A stretch of 32,000 bases of DNA. Source: Akkermansia muciniphila ATCC BAA-835. GTDB taxonomy: Bacteria > Verrucomicrobiota > Verrucomicrobiia > Verrucomicrobiales > Akkermansiaceae. The stretch spans positions 300,001 to 332,000 of the forward strand of contig NC_010655.1 in the NCBI RefSeq assembly GCF_000020225.1, given 5' to 3'. Below are positions 16,847-28,955 of the stretch, one piece after another. The first letter of the stretch is position 1, and the number at the start of each line of letters is the position of its first letter. Position numbers and translations under genes: made by a program. The notes under the pieces were generated by a model. The model was not told the DNA's origin, did no database searches, and saw only the letters and a list, made by a program, of their open reading frames with translations.

Positions 16847-17083
16847 TTCAGGGGGAAGAGGTGATTTTTTCTTCATCCTGCCTGCCCGGGAGCCCTGCTT
16901 TTTTGGGGGCTTCTGAGTGAGGGATTTTTTTCAGGGTATGTGTGTGGCGGCTAAGAAGATTTCCGTCCTTTGTGTGGGAAGGGATTCAGCGTAAACTGAC
17001 ATCTGCGTGGCTGGTGGTTGATGAACATGCACAGGTAAATGAGACAAGAGCAAGTTGTCATTCACGACGGGGAGTGATGTAAT

Positions 17084-19921
<2,838 letters not shown>

Positions 19922-20127
19922 ATTGCAAAAGCTGTTACCACTTCCACAATACCACAAAGCCCTTTCGTGACTTACTGTATTGTCTCATTGCTTGGTATGC
20001 ATGTTTATCTTGTGTTTTGTAGTTGTTGTTCAACTACCCACTTTGTTGGAAAGCGATTGCTTCTCAGCAATCGTTTTCTTTGCCACGCAGATGTCAATTT
20101 TCGCTTTCCCTCAATAATCGATTTTGC

Positions 20128-20204
20128 TGGTGGGCCTGACAGGACTTGAACCTGTGACCCCGCGCTTATCAAGCGCGTGCTCTAACCAACTGAGCTACAG
20201 GCCC
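20128..20204 (-). tRNA. tRNA-Ile (anticodon GAT)
   Basis: Reverse complement gggcctgtagctcagttggttagagcacgcgcttGATaagcgcggggtcacaggttcaagtcctgtcaggcccacca. Close to the canonical bacterial spacer tRNA-Ile. Confidence 0.93.
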
Positions 20205-20228
20205 GGCTTTGGGTCTCTTTCCCGAAAC

Positions 20229-20304
20229 TGGTGGAGGCACGGGGACTCGAACCCCGGACATCCAGCTTGCAAAGCTGGCGCTCTACCAACTGAGCTATAC
20301 CCCC
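20229..20304 (-). tRNA. tRNA-Ala (anticodon TGC)
   Basis: Reverse complement gggggtatagctcagttggtagagcgccagctttGCAagctggatgtccggggttcgagtccccgtgcctccacca. The G3:U70 identity pair is present. Confidence 0.93.
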
Positions 20305-20469
20305 AGTTGCGGTTCTCGGTGAAAAAAGGTCGTCACGCACGTCGTGCCAGGTTTCGCTCCAGGCGTCTGGCTGTTTACACATCTTTGGTTCGTTGCGGGC
20401 CCTCGCGGGTTCCGCTTTCTCTCCCCTCGGGAAGAGATCCGACCTGTGCACTTCCGTGCACTTGCTCCA

Positions 20470-21985
<1,516 letters not shown>

Positions 21986-22370
21986 TTAATTTTTGAAATT
22001 GCTGGACCAAATGGAATCTTGCGATTTCATTTGCGCCATGCTTCAGCCAGCTCTTCCTCCAAGTTGTGTCTCTTGAAGGCCTCTTCGCTCTGCCTCGCAC
22101 GGCGCGCGTCACGACCTTTTTTCTTTCCCCTTGCTTCTACCAAACCACCCCTCTCAGAGCTAGGTCGCTCCTTCGGGCTTTTACCCCTCAGACACCTCTC
22201 GGCACCCTCGGAAAACCCTCGGCGGTTTCGGTAGTCATTCCCTTGAAATCTTCTTATCGCAACCCCTTCCGGGGTTTTCTCCGGGTGGCCGGCTCCAGCC
22301 GCTTCCAGCGCTCTTCCGAGCCCTTCAGCCGCCGGGCTTTTCATCCCGTCGCCGTGTTGGCGTGCCGAGA

Positions 22371-22398
22371 AATCTATCATACCACACCTTTTTGTCAA
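22371..22398 (-). promoter_or_regulatory. Candidate sigma-70 promoter of the rRNA operon
   Basis: On the minus strand: TTGACA (22398..22393), 16-nt spacer ending in TGa, then TAGATT (22376..22371). It is preceded by an A-rich UP-like tract gcaaaaaagagcacgaaaaaaa. Implies a leader of about 385 nt. Confidence 0.4.
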
Positions 22399-22489
22399 TT
22401 TTTTTCGTGCTCTTTTTTGCGATTTGTTGAGATCAAAAACAAAAAAAATATCTGATTATCAACGTATTACATTTTTATTTTTTTCTAAT

Positions 22490-22518
22490 AAAAAAGCCTC
22501 TTTCACCACGAAAGAGGC
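22490..22518 (-). terminator. Rho-independent terminator of the 730-aa thioredoxin-fold gene
   Basis: 9-bp stem gcctctttc (22496-22504) / gaaagaggc (22510-22518) with loop accac. It is followed on the minus strand by T6 (forward A-run 22490-22495). Confidence 0.75.
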
Positions 22519-22548
22519 CTAAACGTTTCAGAAGTCCTAAGTTTCTCT

Positions 22549-24741
22549 CTACTTTTTGCCTCCTCCACTCTTTTTCTTCATGACTGCGTATTGATGAACC
22601 AGAGGCAGTTCCCGGAGGGCGTTTGCAGCATCCTTCCTTGCCTGGTCATAATCTTTTTTCTCCATTGCCATATTCATCATCACTTCATAGCAGGCGGCAT
22701 TGTATCCGCCATCATCCTTCGTATTAGAATCCCTCATAATCTGGAGAGCGCGCCGAGCCGCCTTATAGCTGTATTTACGCATTTCCTCCGAGCCGTTAAG
22801 GATTTTCAGGATATAGGAAGCAAGCGAATCTTCCCGGGGGAAACGCTCCAAGACGTGGTCAAAGATATCAACCATTTTCCGATAATTTTTCTCCTTCCAA
22901 GCCTTTTCCGCCCGCACTTCCGCCACAGTAGACGCAAACCATCCGTTATCGGAAAACTGCCCTGCATTTTCCTCAATCAACTTCTGGTATTCATCAAATT
23001 TCTTTTCCCGCCTCAATTCAAAGGATTTTTTTATGACAGCATACATGGCCTGCTGGCGGGCCTTCCGTTTCGCATCTTCTTCCGCAAACCTGTTTTTGTC
23101 AAAAGAGTCCAATCTGGCAGTTTCCGCCACCCATTCGGGCATCTTCTTAATTTCTCCAGCCCACAGCAATGTTCCGTCACGAACGACGACCGCGGCGGGA
23201 AATGAGTCAAGTTTGAGCAAATCACAAAATTCAATGACCGAACGATCCGATGGAATACCGACAGGATAAGGAGTCCATCCTTCCGGCCCGGATAAATAGT
23301 CCCGCATCTGTTTTTCCGCCGACGGATTGAGCCCCAATACCACGGCTTTTACTCCCGGATGGTCTAAGAGCCCGTGTTTTTTAAGAACGGCATCAAGAGC
23401 TCTTCCAGGAGCTGTTTCTCCAAGTATATTATTGTGGCCTCTCCAGAAGCTGATGAATACGGTTTTGCCGACAGGAAGTCCTGTTAGACCGGGATGATTG
23501 AACCATTTTAATTTGCTGAACAGGGGAGTGTACTGTTTGTCTTCCTGCACTACTCCCATTTCCTGCATCTTCCTCGGAGGTTCCGGTTTTATTTCAGCAA
23601 CCGCCTGATTTACAAGATTCTGAAAGGATTCCTTATTGCCTGAAAGCTGCTGCAACTTCGTCCAGGCTTTGCTGATGGACGTTAAGGAAAGCGCCTTTTC
23701 CATATCCTGCAACGCTTCTTCCATATTTCCCTGCCGTTCCCTAAGTTCCGCCATCAGTTTCCATGGCAAGGAAGCTTCCTTGTTATTCCTTCTGGAGATT
23801 TCAATACAACGGTTCAGACATCTTTCCACCAGGGCGGCATCCATTTTTCCGGCAGGCACGGATTTTCCATTTAGAAGCGTTCCCGCCACATCAATCTGTA
23901 CACGGTAATTGTCCGGATACTCTTTGCACAGGTCATCCAGTACGGCCTGTGCTTCCTGGAATTTTTCCAATTCCGCCAAGACTCTGAATGGAACCATTTT
24001 CAGTTGAATGATCTGATCCTGCTGAAACTGTCCCGAATCCTGAATTTGCCTTAAAAAGGCCTGCGCTTCCCCCTTTCCTCCCTTCCGGGCAAGCTCTCCC
24101 GTTCTCTCAGAAACCTGGCGGTAGAGCTTCCATGCACGGGCGTTTGCGCCGGGATTATCCCCCGGAAGAGATGCTGCAGAAAAATCAGGCTTCAACATGG
24201 CCCGCATCATTTCTTCAGAAAGTTTTCCAGGATGCCCTCTCCAAATAAGCTTGCCGTTTTTAACGGCAAAAGCATGGGGGATGCCGTTAACCCCCATTGG
24301 AGACAGCCATTTATCCCTGGTTTTTTTCCCATCCACATCCACGGCCATGGCATAAGTAAGGGGCGATGGACGGTTTTTTAAAAATTCTTTCAGAGATTCC
24401 GGAGATTTCCTGTCCATGACGTTAACTCCGATAACCTGCATATGAGGATTATTCTTAAATGCCTGATGCAATTGTTCCATATGGGGCATAGCAGCCAGGC
24501 ACGGGCCACACCAGGTAGCCCAAAATTCAAAAATGTACACTTTGTCCTTTTCCCATTCCTTTACCGGAGTTCCCTGTATCCATACATCCGGCAAACCATC
24601 CAGAGCAAGTGATGGAAGGGCATCCTCCGAAGCAACCGTTTTGTTTTCCTTTTTCTCAGAAGAAGCTGCGTGCAATGGCATTCCGGCAGACACCGCAAAG
24701 ATCATGGAACACCCTAAAACCAACAGAGAGGAATTTAACAT
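22549..24741 (-). CDS. Exported TlpA/ResA-like thiol:disulfide oxidoreductase with a second degenerate thioredoxin fold and TPR-like helical regions
   Basis: 730 aa. Signal peptide MLNSSLLVLGCSMIFAVSAGMPLHAAS. First Trx fold VYIFEFWATWCGPCLAAMPHMEQL...GIPHAFAVKNGKLIW. Second Trx-like fold KTVFISFWRGHNNIL...FPAAVVVRDGTLLWAG lacks CxxC. Helical repeat regions lie between the folds and after them. Confidence 0.8.
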   Translation of the reverse strand: MLNSSLLVLGCSMIFAVSAGMPLHAASSEKKENKTVASEDALPSLALDGLPDVWIQGTPVKEWEKDKVYIFEFWATWCGPCLAAMPHMEQLHQAFKNNPHMQVIGVNVMDRKSPESLKEFLKNRPSPLTYAMAVDVDGKKTRDKWLSPMGVNGIPHAFAVKNGKLIWRGHPGKLSEEMMRAMLKPDFSAASLPGDNPGANARAWKLYRQVSERTGELARKGGKGEAQAFLRQIQDSGQFQQDQIIQLKMVPFRVLAELEKFQEAQAVLDDLCKEYPDNYRVQIDVAGTLLNGKSVPAGKMDAALVERCLNRCIEISRRNNKEASLPWKLMAELRERQGNMEEALQDMEKALSLTSISKAWTKLQQLSGNKESFQNLVNQAVAEIKPEPPRKMQEMGVVQEDKQYTPLFSKLKWFNHPGLTGLPVGKTVFISFWRGHNNILGETAPGRALDAVLKKHGLLDHPGVKAVVLGLNPSAEKQMRDYLSGPEGWTPYPVGIPSDRSVIEFCDLLKLDSFPAAVVVRDGTLLWAGEIKKMPEWVAETARLDSFDKNRFAEEDAKRKARQQAMYAVIKKSFELRREKKFDEYQKLIEENAGQFSDNGWFASTVAEVRAEKAWKEKNYRKMVDIFDHVLERFPREDSLASYILKILNGSEEMRKYSYKAARRALQIMRDSNTKDDGGYNAACYEVMMNMAMEKKDYDQARKDAANALRELPLVHQYAVMKKKSGGGKK

Positions 24742-24938
24742 GGTAACACGGTACTATCGTAACCTTCTGCGTCAAGCCAATAGAAAAAGAAAAGGAAAGA
24801 TAGAAGAGCCGTTATCGTGTTCTTTCCACCAGAATAAAATGCAAAATAATCCCAAAAAGAAAAGATATTAATCATGGAGTTTTTCATATGGAATAAGAAA
24901 ACAAACACGCTCAGCATCCACACTTTTTTGAGTTTCAT
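24735..24938 (-). CDS. Small predicted two-TM membrane protein (67 aa), translationally coupled to the downstream thioredoxin-fold gene
   Basis: ATG 24938..24936: MKLKKVWMLSVFVFLFHMKNSMINIFSFWDYFAFYSGGKNTITALLSFLFFFYWLDAEGYDSTVLPC. Its TAA (24737..24735) overlaps the ATG (24741..24739) of the next gene as ATGTTAA. An open frame of this length in a very AT-rich stretch is unexpected by chance. Confidence 0.4.
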   Translation of the reverse strand: MKLKKVWMLSVFVFLFHMKNSMINIFSFWDYFAFYSGGKNTITALLSFLFFFYWLDAEGYDSTVLPC

Positions 24939-25054
24939 TGGATTTAGGAAAAATGATTTACCTTTTTGGATACACAAAGACAATATTATTTTCTAAAATA
25001 GAAAATATGCCAGAAATGGCTTGCCAGATTTTTCTGAATGCGAAAAATGCGCTC

Positions 25055-25399
25055 ATGGATGAAATGAAGTCCAGTATCAGAAAGTTTCTCGCTCTTACGA
25101 AAATGACCCGGGACGAATTTGCCGACCTTTGCGGCGTCAGCAAAAGTCAGGTCGATAAATGGCTTTCCACTGTTCCAATTCCCCGTGCCAGACAACGCCT
25201 TATCATCAGAATCATGAAGGAAGAGTACGCCAAACAGGCACGCCTGGCTCAAACAAAAAATCCGAACAGCATCCACGTTCCCGTTACTCCTCAAAAGTAT
25301 GAAAAGTTCAGGAATGAAGCTGAACGCCATGGCCTGACCGTTCCGGAATGGGCGAGTGAAGCACTGGATGCTCTTTCCAGCATCAAAAGCAGAAGCTGA
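25055..25399 (+). CDS. DNA-binding protein: XRE/Cro-like HTH module plus RHH-like C-terminal tail
   Basis: The longest ORF starts at TTG 24938. I prefer ATG 25055 (MDEMKSSIRKFLALTKMTRDEFADLCGVSKSQVDKWLSTVPIPRARQRLIIRIM) by analogy with its paralog, but 25007 is also possible. The tail IHVPVTPQKYEKFRNEAERHGLTVPEWASEALDAL looks like a ribbon-helix-helix. Confidence 0.6.
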   Translation: MDEMKSSIRKFLALTKMTRDEFADLCGVSKSQVDKWLSTVPIPRARQRLIIRIMKEEYAKQARLAQTKNPNSIHVPVTPQKYEKFRNEAERHGLTVPEWASEALDALSSIKSRS

Positions 25400-25500
25400 A
25401 AAGAGGATCCGATATTCCGGATCGATTCCAGAGAAAGAGAAAATAGTGTTGTTATCGCCTCTTCCCTATCTTTTCTTTCATTACAAATCTGCACAAATTC

Positions 25501-26127
25501 ATGTCTGACGACGATATACGCATTTTGGTGAAGGAGTGGCTACAAAGCCAAAACCGCAAGTCCTATCAATTGGCGGAGGAGATAGGCATCCGGCCGCAAA
25601 CTTTTTACGCACAGATGAGCGTTCGTAAAATATCGGCCAATACCAAAAAAGCGCTTTCCCGCATCATTCCAGGCCTGGTTTCCGATTCAGATCTGAATCC
25701 ACCTTCCAATACGGAAGAATGTGACCCGAAAAAACTCAGAATCAAGGAATGGCTCCGGGCTCACGGCAAAACACGCCGATGGCTTGCGGAACAATGCCGC
25801 GTTTCCGTCCGCACCGTACATACCTGGTTTACTGCACGCGGTAACATTCCTGTCACCCAATATCTCTTTATCGATAAGCTGATGAGTGAAGGCGAGTCGT
25901 GGAAAGTTCAGCTTCCCAATACCATTCCCGTGAATTTTCCGGAAACGGAAATGGAAATTGTTCACAAATTCCAGAAACTACATCCGGACATAGATCTTCC
26001 TATGTACGGCATGCATAAAATCCTGGAGTTATGCGTTAATGTACTCACTCAGGATGAATATTCAAAGACGTCTCCATACTCCCGTATTACCAATACCGGA
26101 GAGATTCGCCACCGCCGGATAAAATAA
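25501..26127 (+). CDS. DNA-binding protein with two tandem HTH modules plus RHH-like tail; paralog of the upstream gene
   Basis: 208 aa. Module a: IRILVKEWLQSQNRKSYQLAEEIGIRPQTFYAQMSVRKISANTKKALSRII. Module b: LRIKEWLRAHGKTRRWLAEQCRVSVRTVHTWFTARGNIPVTQYLFIDKLM. Tail: IPVNFPETEMEIVHKFQKLHPDIDLPMYGMHKILELC. Confidence 0.6.
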   Translation: MSDDDIRILVKEWLQSQNRKSYQLAEEIGIRPQTFYAQMSVRKISANTKKALSRIIPGLVSDSDLNPPSNTEECDPKKLRIKEWLRAHGKTRRWLAEQCRVSVRTVHTWFTARGNIPVTQYLFIDKLMSEGESWKVQLPNTIPVNFPETEMEIVHKFQKLHPDIDLPMYGMHKILELCVNVLTQDEYSKTSPYSRITNTGEIRHRRIK

Positions 26128-26524
26128 GAATTATTCAAAAGTTCAAATTTTCTTTTCCACGGGAGCATTTCTGAAAATGCACTGTTTGCATACCCATGCC
26201 GGTATTTTTCTAAAACATCGCAGGTTCTCCGCCAGCCTGGCCTTCCGGGCCATTCTTCTTAATCTTTCACGGAACCCTTTCATTTTTTTGTTCCTTTTAC
26301 CACGACGGCCACAGACTATCCTATCTCTCAACACAGAGAAAAAATCTTCAGCCACATTACATCATCCCTCCAGTTTCAAAAATCAATCACTATTGATTGG
26401 AAAAACAGTCCGAACCATGCGTAATAGTGCTTCTATGCAGCCTGTTCACCAGAGTTAACCATACTTACCTTGCCTCTCCATTTTTAAGAAAGCCGGCTTT
26501 TGGTGAAAAAGCTCTTATCGCATG

Positions 26525-26558
26525 AAAAACCCCGTATTCTTAAAAAGAATACGGGGTT
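26525..26558 (-). terminator. Rho-independent terminator after tRNA-Arg
   Basis: 12-bp stem aaccccgtattc (26528-26539) / gaatacggggtt (26547-26558) with loop ttaaaaa. A T-run follows on the minus strand. Confidence 0.65.
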
Positions 26559-26564
26559 AAAAAA

Positions 26565-26641
<77 letters not shown>

Positions 26642-26708
26642 ATGATGCGGCAAAAGAGTAACAGAGTTCATCTCAACTTGGCAAGCCCGGATCTTTGAAA
26701 AGCGCGCT

Positions 26709-27218
26709 TTAAGCGCCGGAGCAGCGGTCATGCGTAAAAGGTATGTCCACCAGGGTCGCTCCAAACTTCCGCACCAGAGGCTCCTGACAAGAAAACATGC
26801 GTTCCCGTTCCTCCGGTTCCGTATCTATATATCCGTGCAGATGCAGAAGACCATGCACCATGTACCGGAAAAGTTCTCTGAAAACAGGTTCTCTGAATTC
26901 CGAAGCCTGCCGGATAGCGGTATCAAAGCTGACGATGATCTCTCCTATTCCGTCTCCATGCGGAAAAGTAATGACATCCGTCGCCGTCGGATCATTCAAA
27001 AAACGGGCATGCACATCCCGGATGACGTCATCGGAAACCACGCTGATTTCTACTTCATCCAATCCGGAAAGTACGGGGACAGGACCTTCAGGCAACGCCA
27101 ACACGGACGGAAGACAACTCTCCAAGGCTCCAATCAGGGCATCCGTAACGGATGAACTGAGCCTCCCCTCCCCCAAATGATTGTAGAGTTCAAGATTCGG
27201 TTTCATTTTCCTCCGCAT
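26709..27218 (-). CDS. ybeY: rRNA maturation endoribonuclease YbeY
   Basis: 169 aa. The zinc motif HGLLHLHGY is the YbeY H..LH..G.DH signature region. Sits in the conserved position after the HD membrane hydrolase. The start may be ATG 27206. Confidence 0.88.
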   Translation of the reverse strand: MRRKMKPNLELYNHLGEGRLSSSVTDALIGALESCLPSVLALPEGPVPVLSGLDEVEISVVSDDVIRDVHARFLNDPTATDVITFPHGDGIGEIIVSFDTAIRQASEFREPVFRELFRYMVHGLLHLHGYIDTEPEERERMFSCQEPLVRKFGATLVDIPFTHDRCSGA

Positions 27219-28950
27219 CCGCTCCGTTCTTCATCTCCGTTTCCGTGGATTTTCCCTCTTGAAGGGTTCCGGCATCGGGCAACTCCATGATTTCAGGAAC
27301 GGCTTTTCCTTCACCTTCCTTTTTCACCGCTTTCTCTTCTTTTTCCCTGACGGACACATCAGAGAAAGCATTTTTCTCAATTTTTGCCTCCGGATTGTGA
27401 GAAGGATAGGCAATGCGGTTGTGGTGGATGCTTTTCAGCGTCTTAATGAAACTGTTGCGAATCTTTTTGAGATCTCCGAAGGTAAGGCCGCAATCGTCCA
27501 AATGGCCGTCCACCACCCGTTGCTTCAAAAGTTCATCCACCCTTTTCTGCATTTCCTCACAGGAAATTTTACCCATGGAGCGCGTGGCGCTTTCCACGAT
27601 GTCCGCCAGGCTGACGATTCCCGTTTCCTTGCTCTGCGGGTTGGGCCCCTTGTAACGGAAGTTGGATTCCACCACCTCCGGGACGTCATCCGGAGACGCC
27701 AGGCCGCTTTCCACGCGGCTCAGAATCTCATCACGGTATTGGAGGGCTTTCCGGTAAAAGAAGTAAGCCAGTGACGTGCCGTGATGCTGCTCTATAACGT
27801 CCACCAAAGGACGCGGAAGGTTGTTCTCCCTGGCCAATGCCACCCCGTCCTGAACGTGGTCGATGATGATACGGGCGCTCATGCTGGGCGTCAGCTCATC
27901 ATGGGGATTGGGGCCGTCCATGATATTTTCAATGAAATAAAGGGGGTTTTGCATCTTGCCAATGTCATGGTAGTAGGCCTCCACCCGGCATTCAATGGGA
28001 TTGGCCCCAATGGCTTCCGCCGCAGCTTCCGCCAGCTGGGCAACCATCAGGCAATGGTGAAAGGTTCCCGGAGCTTCCATTTGCAGCCTTTTCATGAGAG
28101 GGCGGTTCATATCCGCCATTTCCAGCCAGGAAATGGGCGTAATGATTTTAAAAGCTCCTTCTATGATAGGCAGGACACCGCTGATCAGCACGCTGGTCAG
28201 CATGCTTACGCCAAAAGCCACGGCCAGGCAAACCAGAACTCCAGTAAGGTTGTAGTCCCATGCCTGGAGATTGATGACACCCATGATGCAACACAGCACC
28301 ATGACAAGCAGCCCCACAAAGAAGCCCGCTCGCAGCAACTGAGCACGATTCCGCAGGTTATGGGTAAGCAACACGGTAAGCATGCCGGAGAGAGAGCTCA
28401 GAATCCAGAATTGGACCTGCTTTTCCGGAGCATATTGCTCCGGCAGAATGAAAAATCCGCCAAGCATGCAGATGGAAATAGTGGCAAACATGCCCAAAAG
28501 AGGTCCCAGCAGCACCGTGACAACCAACGGAGCCATCATATAGGGAAGGTACAAAAGTTCATTGCCTATATCGGAAGTAATGTCAGCCGTTACATGCCGG
28601 ATGAGACCAAAAAACAGGAGCTGGACCAGAACCGCCCCCCACGTGACGACAAAGGTTTTGTTTTTCCTGCGCAGGGAACCGGCGCATAACCAGTACATAG
28701 GCATCAGCGCCAGCGTCACGGAAAAAAGCAGAAAAGCTTCCGACACATGATGCCATATGGATTTTCCCCAGTGGGGACTGTAACTGCCCATCCATTGAAG
28801 CACGATGAAAACCAGCACGCACAACCCGACGGATACCGCCAGGCTGGAATCCAAACGGTCACCGGCTGAACGGGACACGGAGGCAGCCCCTTCCGGGGAG
28901 GCACTTTCTTTTGCCGCTGCGGCGGCATGCTTTTTCAGAAAATGAAACAT
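27190..28950 (-). CDS. 7TM-HD membrane phosphohydrolase (HDIG domain; PgpH/YqfF-like)
   Basis: 586 aa. About seven hydrophobic helices are followed by HHCLMVAQLAEAAAEAIGAN...AYYHDIGK (HD motif) and EQHHGTS. Acidic and Lys-rich C-terminal tail. Confidence 0.82.
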   Translation of the reverse strand: MFHFLKKHAAAAAKESASPEGAASVSRSAGDRLDSSLAVSVGLCVLVFIVLQWMGSYSPHWGKSIWHHVSEAFLLFSVTLALMPMYWLCAGSLRRKNKTFVVTWGAVLVQLLFFGLIRHVTADITSDIGNELLYLPYMMAPLVVTVLLGPLLGMFATISICMLGGFFILPEQYAPEKQVQFWILSSLSGMLTVLLTHNLRNRAQLLRAGFFVGLLVMVLCCIMGVINLQAWDYNLTGVLVCLAVAFGVSMLTSVLISGVLPIIEGAFKIITPISWLEMADMNRPLMKRLQMEAPGTFHHCLMVAQLAEAAAEAIGANPIECRVEAYYHDIGKMQNPLYFIENIMDGPNPHDELTPSMSARIIIDHVQDGVALARENNLPRPLVDVIEQHHGTSLAYFFYRKALQYRDEILSRVESGLASPDDVPEVVESNFRYKGPNPQSKETGIVSLADIVESATRSMGKISCEEMQKRVDELLKQRVVDGHLDDCGLTFGDLKKIRNSFIKTLKSIHHNRIAYPSHNPEAKIEKNAFSDVSVREKEEKAVKKEGEGKAVPEIMELPDAGTLQEGKSTETEMKNGADAEENETES

Positions 28951-28955
28951 GATAA

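Noticed and set aside
26143-26355. 70-aa Arg/Lys-rich minus-strand ORF with GTG start, and the 93-aa plus-strand ORF at 26177-26458
   Set aside because: They mutually overlap, have non-ATG or weak starts, are low-complexity, and match no recognisable family. Kept only as part of the non-coding-gap finding.
24742-26564. Search for a direct repeat of the tRNA-Arg 3' end (tggcacgtccaactggattcgaacc) that would delimit an island, as seen for tRNA-Pro
   Set aside because: I found no convincing match by eye, so the island interpretation for this segment rests only on composition and gene content.
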